NCBI GenBank assembly: GCA_027488815.1
Contig: JAIYAX010000006.1
Span: forward strand, 271,332-335,331
Direction of reading: 5' to 3'
Length of the DNA: 64,000 nt
DNA from: Cytophagaceae bacterium
GTDB taxonomy: Bacteria; Bacteroidota; Bacteroidia; Cytophagales; JAIYAX01
Both the position numbers and the translations under genes were made by a program. The notes under the pieces were generated by a model. That model was not told where the DNA came from, did no database searches, and worked only from the letters and a program-made list of their open reading frames with translations. Shown here one piece after another: positions 57,519 through 64,000 of the stretch (within the stretch, counting starts at the first letter, position 1; every line of letters begins with the position of its first letter).

Positions 57519-58481
57519 TTATTTACGAAGCCCTATTTCACGGAGTCGTTCTTCCAGAAAAGCACCTGCTGAAATATCCTCATATAGTTTTGGTTGGGTT
57601 GGGCCTATACAGGAAGGAAGACAACTGAGATCCATAGTAGATCGTGGGTGCATGAAAAATGGTATGGAGTACCTTGAGGCTCCCATCTTCTCTTTTGGAG
57701 GATTTACAACCCTGTGAATAGTTGATTTTAACGTGTTATTCGTATGCCTTGAGAGCATGTCTCCGACATTGACTACCAATTGCTCGGGTAAAGCAGTAAT
57801 GGGTATCCATTTACCATCTCGTCTTAGAACTTGTAAACCTTCTGCACTTGCACCCATAAGTAAGGTGATCAAATTGATATCTCCATGTTCTGCTGCCCTT
57901 ACAGCATCTGCGGGTACTTGGTCAGGGTTTTCAATAGGGTAATAGTGAATTGGCCTTAGGATACTGTTTCCATGATGTACTTTATCATCAAAATAATGCT
58001 CTTCAAGGCCTAGGAATAGAGCTATAGCTCTCAGCATGTAAACACCGGCCTGCTCCAACCGTTTATACGCCTCAAGACTTAAGGCTTTCATTTCGGGAAC
58101 CTCCTCTGGCCACAGGTTGTCAGGGTACTCAGCTCCAATTGGGTCATCGTCTTCGATTTCCTGACCCACATGCCAAAACTCTTTTAAGTCACCGGTAGAC
58201 CTACCTTTGGCATGCTCTTTCCCCTTGCCAGTATAACCTCTTTGCCCAGCCAGCCCTGGTATTTCGTATTTTTTCTTGATGTCATCCGGCAAGGCAAAAA
58301 ATTGCCGATAGGATTCATACAGTTTCTGAATTAAATCGTCGGTAAGGCCATGATTTTTAATGGCTACAAATCCAATTTCTGAGTAGGCTTTTCCAAGGTT
58401 TTCAACAAAGGCTGCTTTTTGGCCGGTGTCACCGGAGGTAAAGTAAGCCAAATCGAGCGAAGGAATATCGTCGTATAGCAC
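57519..58481 (-). CDS. 2-oxoglutarate/Fe(II) oxygenase, isopenicillin N synthase-like
   Basis: GFVAIKNHG, HGDINLITLL (HxD), VNVGDML, STIHRV, RYSIPFF. Confidence 0.92.
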   Translation of the reverse strand: MLYDDIPSLDLAYFTSGDTGQKAAFVENLGKAYSEIGFVAIKNHGLTDDLIQKLYESYRQFFALPDDIKKKYEIPGLAGQRGYTGKGKEHAKGRSTGDLKEFWHVGQEIEDDDPIGAEYPDNLWPEEVPEMKALSLEAYKRLEQAGVYMLRAIALFLGLEEHYFDDKVHHGNSILRPIHYYPIENPDQVPADAVRAAEHGDINLITLLMGASAEGLQVLRRDGKWIPITALPEQLVVNVGDMLSRHTNNTLKSTIHRVVNPPKEKMGASRYSIPFFMHPRSTMDLSCLPSCIGPTQPKLYEDISAGAFLEERLREIGLRK

Positions 58482-58554
58482 AAAATAGCTGGTTTAGAGT
58501 GAGATTAGTCGAAAGGTACGAATTCCTGATTTTCGACCCTAGCTATTCATCTTT

Positions 58555-59250
58555 TCAGCCAAAAACGGTTTGTAAAACTTGAAGTGACTTTATATTTCCT
58601 TGCAGTACCTGATGGTGGCTTAAGTGATACAAAATGAGCCGGAGCAATTCCCTGCGGTCATGTTGATTGATTTGTAAGGCCATGGATTGACCGGGAGTTG
58701 CAGCCATTGATCCTATCTGGTCTTGAAATCGTTGCCAGTTCGTTGACATGCCACCATGTACATCTGTAAGCTTATAGTCTTCTTCAGCATGTTTCAGGCC
58801 AACACCCATAGCTTCGCATAGTTCAAAAAGCACAAGCAAATGAAAGTTTTCCGTAAGCTCTGACTCCTTGTCAAACTGCTTCAAAGCTTCAAACAAAAAA
58901 GAGAAAAACTGAGGCTCCTGATGATTTTCACGCAAGCATTTTGAAATAACCTCCGCCAGAAAAACGGCAATAGTGGTTTTTTTGATGATAAAAGGAATGG
59001 AACCATACGTTACAGCTGTCTGGTACTCCAATACCCTGTGTAGATCACTTTTGGGATTTTCATATACCACCATGTCCAAAAGGCTTAAGGCTTGAAACAA
59101 GCCTGTTTTATTGGACTTCCCTCCTGCTTTTCGTATTCCGTTGAGCACGTAGCTTTTAAGGCCCATTTCCTCGGTAAACACCTTACAAATGATGGAGCTC
59201 TCCCGATACCTGATGTAATGAAGAACAATGGCACGGGTCTTAACTTGCAT
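58555..59250 (-). CDS. recO: DNA repair protein RecO
   Basis: IVLHYIRYRESSIICKVFTEEMG..SY, LFQALS.L. Confidence 0.9.
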   Translation of the reverse strand: MQVKTRAIVLHYIRYRESSIICKVFTEEMGLKSYVLNGIRKAGGKSNKTGLFQALSLLDMVVYENPKSDLHRVLEYQTAVTYGSIPFIIKKTTIAVFLAEVISKCLRENHQEPQFFSFLFEALKQFDKESELTENFHLLVLFELCEAMGVGLKHAEEDYKLTDVHGGMSTNWQRFQDQIGSMAATPGQSMALQINQHDRRELLRLILYHLSHHQVLQGNIKSLQVLQTVFG

Positions 59251-59259
59251 CCTTAGAGC

Positions 59260-61635
59260 TTAGTCAACCAGGACTATTTTTTTGGAAGCGCAGCCTTTTC
59301 CCTCTGCCTCAGGTCCGCTCAGGATCAGATAGATGCCTGCATTAGCTACCTCGTTGTTGTAATTAAGCAAGTTCCAAGAGTAGGTGCCACCCTGTGCAAA
59401 GCCCTCGTAAAACAGTTTACCCGAAACATCTGTTATTTTCACACTGGCATCTTGTTGCAATCCAGAGATTGTGACCTGACTGTGTCCACGGCTTCTTACA
59501 ACAGGATTTGGAAAGACTTTAATTTTGTCACATTCAGCATCTTTTTCTGATAATGTGGCATCGCTTCTGTAGGAGGCCAATCCTTTGGCGGTTAGGAAAA
59601 ATACTTCTCCACTTTGTTGATTGATAGATATCTGACGGATATCATCAGAAGGGAGGGGGCTGTTTTTCTCAGTGAATTGCCGGATCAGTTTGCTGCCATC
59701 ATCGTTGACCAGAAATACACCAGAAGAAGTTCCTATCCATTTACGGTTGCCGCCATCAACAGCGATGGCAGTAATAAACTGATCATTTAACAAAGGTCGC
59801 TGTTCAAAAACTGGGAGCGAAGCATTAACGGTGTTGGATCTCATGACATTCGTTCCATTAAAAAAGACAGCCACTCCATCACCGGTTCCTACCCAAATGT
59901 CGCCTTGCAGGTCTTTGGCTACGGCTCGAACAGTTTTATTCGGTAACCCGCCCTGATTGATTTGATCGGAAAGAATTTTTACCTGGAAGCCTGATTGGCC
60001 GGTATCTTTAAACACCAGGATATTATCACCCTGCTGCCTCATCCATTTATTTCCAAAATCATCAATCACTAGATCGACTGACCTCCAGGACTCCTGAAAA
60101 GTATACCTTACTGAAGCCGCAGAATCTATATCGCCATTAGGTTTAAGCTTAAATTTATGTAGGTAGTTGTCGGCAATTCCAGCACCAAAGGAGTAGTTAA
60201 AGGACCAGAGAAATCCGGCTTCATCAAATTCCAAACAAGACATTCGAAAGAAAACAGAATACAATGGATGTCCTATGGGTTGACTGCTTACCATTTTGGT
60301 GGTAAAACCATCGTTCTGGTTAAAACGAAAATTCGGGTCAACTCTAACTATTCCTGTACCCCAGGTTGCAACATATAGCTGACCATTTTGAGGTGAAAAA
60401 GCAGCTCTTACCGGATCTTCAAGGGTGTAGGGGTTACCGGAAAGGTCAAACGCAGTGCCTTTGTTTGTTGAATAGTTCGACCAGAATTGATTGTTAAATA
60501 CCGCAATTCCATCCCGATTATCAAGTTGGGTTCCTAAAATCCCACTGTAACTTCCACTAAGCAATAGCAAATTGTTTTCATAATGGTAGAGGTAGAATGG
60601 ATTAGAAAAGAAAGGGCTGTTAGGGTTGATTTCACTAAGCTTCTGACCATTAAGATCTAGCTCAAGCACTCCAAAAAAGTTGGTGCCAATGTACCAGCGG
60701 TTGCCAGACTGAATGATATCATTTGTGAGTTGACCGTTGGTTGCTTGCAAGGTATCCCATTTGTTTGCGTTGAAATCATAAAAGAAGATGTTCTGATTTT
60801 GAACAGCCGCCAGTGTGCTGGATGATACTGATTTCAAACGTTTGAGACTTCCGGCCAATTTTTGATTTGAGATTTTGATCCATTGGCTGCCAGAAAGCCG
60901 ATACAAGTCTCCGTTTGTGGGCATGGCAAAGGCGAAGCCATTGTGCAACGTAATTTCTCTAACTGTTTCCAATGGCAGACCGTTTGAACCTGAGTACCTT
61001 AACCATTGATTAAAGTCCAGTCTGTTGGTTGTTCTTTTGATACTACTTGCAATCAATCCCTGTGCGGTGCTGCATATAATGGTGTCATCTTCTCTGATAA
61101 TGCTATGATAGACGGCTACTTGTGTGCTGTTCGGACCAATATTCTGATAGACTGAAAGCACATTTCCTGAGCGAAGATCAATTTCAAGCAAGCCATATTC
61201 AGCAGAAACATAAGCTACTCCTTTTCTACAAAACACATTATTGGCCAATTTGGAACCGGTAATCGAAGGGCTGTTGCGTATAGAAAAAATTGAGGTTTTG
61301 TCATCATTTGGGTCGATCAGATCCACAAGGCCACTTTCATATGCAATCACTAGCTTACGGGTTACCGAGTCATAGCCCACTGCTGTTGCGTTTACATCAC
61401 TCAACAGGTTTGCTTTATTTAATATCTCAAGCTCTTTGCTTGATTTATCCCAGCGGTAAAAGCAATTGGCATCATAAGCATATACATAGGGTCCCGCATC
61501 TGTAAGGCGGCCTACGTTGGAAAAAACGGGATGATAACGCCAGGTCCCGGTTTCAATATTGTTTTCCTGGGCTTGAGCAGGCATGATGCTCAGTCCGAAA
61601 GAAAGCAGTATGAGAAGATAGATTTTAAATCGCAT
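59260..61635 (-). CDS. porZ: PorZ-like T9SS component (beta-propeller repeats + T9SS C-terminal domain)
   Basis: Signal peptide, repeats (D..GDIWVGT; AIAVDGGNRKWIGT; LPSDDI..I), CTD KVFPNPV...GIYLI. Immediately upstream of recO, the usual porZ context. Confidence 0.8.
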   Translation of the reverse strand: MRFKIYLLILLSFGLSIMPAQAQENNIETGTWRYHPVFSNVGRLTDAGPYVYAYDANCFYRWDKSSKELEILNKANLLSDVNATAVGYDSVTRKLVIAYESGLVDLIDPNDDKTSIFSIRNSPSITGSKLANNVFCRKGVAYVSAEYGLLEIDLRSGNVLSVYQNIGPNSTQVAVYHSIIREDDTIICSTAQGLIASSIKRTTNRLDFNQWLRYSGSNGLPLETVREITLHNGFAFAMPTNGDLYRLSGSQWIKISNQKLAGSLKRLKSVSSSTLAAVQNQNIFFYDFNANKWDTLQATNGQLTNDIIQSGNRWYIGTNFFGVLELDLNGQKLSEINPNSPFFSNPFYLYHYENNLLLLSGSYSGILGTQLDNRDGIAVFNNQFWSNYSTNKGTAFDLSGNPYTLEDPVRAAFSPQNGQLYVATWGTGIVRVDPNFRFNQNDGFTTKMVSSQPIGHPLYSVFFRMSCLEFDEAGFLWSFNYSFGAGIADNYLHKFKLKPNGDIDSAASVRYTFQESWRSVDLVIDDFGNKWMRQQGDNILVFKDTGQSGFQVKILSDQINQGGLPNKTVRAVAKDLQGDIWVGTGDGVAVFFNGTNVMRSNTVNASLPVFEQRPLLNDQFITAIAVDGGNRKWIGTSSGVFLVNDDGSKLIRQFTEKNSPLPSDDIRQISINQQSGEVFFLTAKGLASYRSDATLSEKDAECDKIKVFPNPVVRSRGHSQVTISGLQQDASVKITDVSGKLFYEGFAQGGTYSWNLLNYNNEVANAGIYLILSGPEAEGKGCASKKIVLVD

Positions 61636-61676
61636 GGTCATTATTGAACAAACAGATAACAGGCAAATGGCTTGAA

Positions 61677-62285
61677 TTATTGCTTGGGGGACTTTTTCAT
61701 TTGTAAAGGAAAATGGGTTCTGCAACGTGCTTCATAGGTTTCAACCGAGCCTAGCTGAACCGTAGCAGAGCTTTCGATCTTTCGATAGGAAAAGGAAGCC
61801 GGCTGACCGCAAATGGTACAGATGGCCTGCACCTTAGTAACGTATTCTGCAATAGCCATTAAATGAGGCATTGGGCCAAAAGGCAAGCCCATATAATCCA
61901 TGTCAAGTCCTGCAGCAATCACTCGTTTTCCGTTAGCAGCTAATTTTGTACAAACTTCGATGATTTGATGGTCAAAAAACTGAACCTCATCTATTCCCAC
62001 CACATCACAGTCACCCGTTAGCAAGTACATATCCTCGGCAAATTGTATGGGGGTTGAGCGGATCGTGTTTTCATTATGAGAAACGATATCCGTTTCATGA
62101 TAGCGATTATCAAAGGAAGGTTTAAAGATCTCGACTTTTTGCTTTGCAATTCTTGCTCGATTGAGTCTGCGAATAAGTTCTTCTGTTTTACCTGAAAACA
62201 TGCAGCCACAAATCACTTCTATCCATCCACCTTTGTTCATAGGATGTAGGTTTGATTGAAAAGCGATATGGTCCAAATTAGGCAT
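61677..62285 (-). CDS. tdk: Thymidine kinase
   Basis: GCMFSGKTEEL, IDEVQF, AGLDMDY, CTICG...YEARCR. The start may be MNKGG. Confidence 0.96.
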   Translation of the reverse strand: MPNLDHIAFQSNLHPMNKGGWIEVICGCMFSGKTEELIRRLNRARIAKQKVEIFKPSFDNRYHETDIVSHNENTIRSTPIQFAEDMYLLTGDCDVVGIDEVQFFDHQIIEVCTKLAANGKRVIAAGLDMDYMGLPFGPMPHLMAIAEYVTKVQAICTICGQPASFSYRKIESSATVQLGSVETYEARCRTHFPLQMKKSPKQ

Positions 62286-62607
62286 TATAGCTCGTGTAAC
62301 TCAGATGTGGCAGCTGGGTTTCTTTAGGAACAATTAATGACAATGAAGTAAAAATAGTTAACTGACAACTTAGACGTTCATGGGTTTTAAGCCTTCCTGC
62401 TTCTCTGTATTTCAATTCGACTTCAGTATCCGCTGGAAGTTCGTCTTCAAAAAAGGTGATTTTAGCCTTGCAAGTGGTACATCGGCCTTTTCCACCACAG
62501 GCGTGCATGTAATCAATACCATGCCGTAAAATGACATCAAGAAGTTTTTCACCCCTCTTGGCCTCCAGGGGTTTAGTATCCAGGTTCTCAATCGTAACGG
62601 TGATCAA
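62278..62607 (-). CDS. 2Fe-2S ferredoxin
   Basis: HACGGKGRCTTC...RLSCQ. Likely TTG start at 62607. Confidence 0.9.
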   Translation of the reverse strand: MITVTIENLDTKPLEAKRGEKLLDVILRHGIDYMHACGGKGRCTTCKAKITFFEDELPADTEVELKYREAGRLKTHERLSCQLTIFTSLSLIVPKETQLPHLSYTSYNA

Positions 62608-62685
62608 TTTCTTTACTTTTGCAGTGAAACAAGGCAGGCAATTTAGCCAAAGCATTTTTGTTTATGCCTTAAACCTCTTCATAAC

Positions 62686-63549
62686 ATGAGCCAAATGAAT
62701 ATTCAACCTGAGACCTTAGCCAGGGAATTTGCAAAAGGGGTTTGCATACAGTTTTTTGAAAGCAAGGATAGGGCTGAGGGTCATGACTTACTTAAGTTGA
62801 GCCCTTCACTTCAGGTAAATTTATGGGTTGTTTATCAGGTCTCTCAACAATGGGCTATAGAGATGGATAAAATCAAGAGTCCATATTTTGATTTTGAAAA
62901 ACAACAAGTCAAAGAAGCGTTTACCACCTTCCGAAATTTGGTTTCAAGACACATCAGTGTTAAGAGAGAGGTATTGGAGCCTTTGCTTGAACAAGAAACC
63001 CTGCGGTACATCAATTGGGTATTGCACCCGGGAGAGTTGGAGAATATTGCACCGGGCTTAAGGAATGCAGAGTTAAAATATCTTAAAACGTATACCCAGA
63101 GCATCGAGAAATGGCAAAATGAGGAGATATGGGAGTCACCAACAGAGCAGGAAAAATTCCTTGCTTTGAAAAGACTAAGCGATGAGATGCAGCAGATTTT
63201 GCCACAGTTCAACTCTATGGCAGAGCCTACTCCTGAACAGCCATCTAAAGCAGAGATACCATCTGAAAAGAAACCAGTGAGGCCTAAGTCGATCAATGAA
63301 TCGTTAGCGGTTAAGAAAAGCCTTACGGAAAACCTCACCCTCAACCAAAAGCTGATGTTTCAAAGCAAATTGTTTGGAGGAAGTCCGGAAGAAATGAATC
63401 AAGCACTCAACACGGCGGAAGGACTGGAAAATTTTGATAAAGCCTTAGATTTCCTGAAAACCCGCTTCGCAGGGAGGTACAAATGGGATTTTGAAACAGA
63501 AGAAGTGACAGAGTTATTGGAATTGCTGGAGCACTATTTCAGCAGATAG
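62686..63549 (+). CDS. Hypothetical protein with a conserved Bacteroidota C-terminal helical domain
   Basis: 287-aa ORF. C-terminus LTLNQKLMFQSKLFGG...A..FL.....W...V..LLELL..YF is recognised from recall only. Confidence 0.75.
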   Translation: MSQMNIQPETLAREFAKGVCIQFFESKDRAEGHDLLKLSPSLQVNLWVVYQVSQQWAIEMDKIKSPYFDFEKQQVKEAFTTFRNLVSRHISVKREVLEPLLEQETLRYINWVLHPGELENIAPGLRNAELKYLKTYTQSIEKWQNEEIWESPTEQEKFLALKRLSDEMQQILPQFNSMAEPTPEQPSKAEIPSEKKPVRPKSINESLAVKKSLTENLTLNQKLMFQSKLFGGSPEEMNQALNTAEGLENFDKALDFLKTRFAGRYKWDFETEEVTELLELLEHYFSR

Positions 63550-63552
63550 TAC

Positions 63553-64000
63553 TCAAATACGCTCCAGCACTTGACTGCGGTGAGCATCCAGTTTGATAAA
63601 AATGAATAGCAAAATAGTGAAAGACCAGAGAGAGGAGCCTCCGTAGCTGAAAAAAGGCAACGGAATACCAATCACAGGAAACAGCCCTATGGTCATACCT
63701 ACATTGATCATAAAGTGAAAGAAAAAGATACTGCTGACTCCATACCCGAAGGCCCTGCTGAATTTTGACTTTTGCCGCTCAGCAACGACGATAAGCCTAA
63801 AAAGAAATCCTATCCAAAAGGCGACAAGCAAAAAGCTACCCCAAAATCCGTGTTCTTCTCCTATGGTACAGAAAATGAAATCAGTACTTTGCTCAGGCAC
63901 AAAATCATACTTCGTTTGGGTACCTTCCAAAAAGCCTTTTCCCAAAAGTCCCCCTGAGCCGATAGCAATTTTGGATTGAGTGACATTCCAGCCATAGCCC
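63553..64000 (-). CDS. rodA: Rod shape-determining protein RodA, C-terminal part (runs off the window end)
   Basis: GWNVTQSKIAIGSGG..GKGFLEGTQ...VPEQSTDFIF..IGEEHG...GIPLPFFSYGGSS. Confidence 0.95.
   Translation of the reverse strand, partial: GYGWNVTQSKIAIGSGGLLGKGFLEGTQTKYDFVPEQSTDFIFCTIGEEHGFWGSFLLVAFWIGFLFRLIVVAERQKSKFSRAFGYGVSSIFFFHFMINVGMTIGLFPVIGIPLPFFSYGGSSLWSFTILLFIFIKLDAHRSQVLERI

Noticed and set aside
62844-63344. 166-aa minus-strand ORF
   Set aside because: Antisense shadow of the 287-aa gene. The S/C/F-rich composition is typical of such shadows.
1-64000. CRISPR arrays, IS/transposases, integrases, prophage genes, rRNA or tRNA
   Set aside because: No repeat-spacer periodicity, no mobility ORFs, and no cloverleaf or rRNA-like stretch. 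Almost all sequence is explained by housekeeping CDS.

Overview
64 kb of core chromosome from a Bacteroidota bacterium, probably Cytophagales-like (gldB/D/E/J, porZ, TAnnTTTG -7 promoter elements, bS22). About 57 densely packed CDS cover DNA repair and recombination (uvrA, nth, mutY, recG, xth, mfd, mpg, recF, recO), gliding and T9SS, a MarR-fadN-fadA-fadE beta-oxidation operon with fadD, RNA metabolism (rne/rng, ybeY, mnmG, beta-CASP), pdhA, ribH, tdk and partial rodA. I found no rRNA, tRNA, CRISPR array, transposase, integrase, prophage or defence island, so there is no clearly new system. The best leads are: (1) a perfect parS palindrome in the 3' end of ybeY, with an AT-rich spacer carrying DnaA-box-like motifs 4.3 kb away (candidate oriC); (2) a 129-aa membrane ORF that aligns without gaps to the membrane domain of the CxxC redoxin encoded directly downstream; (3) an ECF sigma factor with a soluble mini anti-sigma between uvrA and nth; (4) an orphan GT-C glycosyltransferase divergent from gldJ; (5) a 29-aa bS22 gene missed by the ORF track. 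All family calls come from recognising motifs by eye; no database searches were run.
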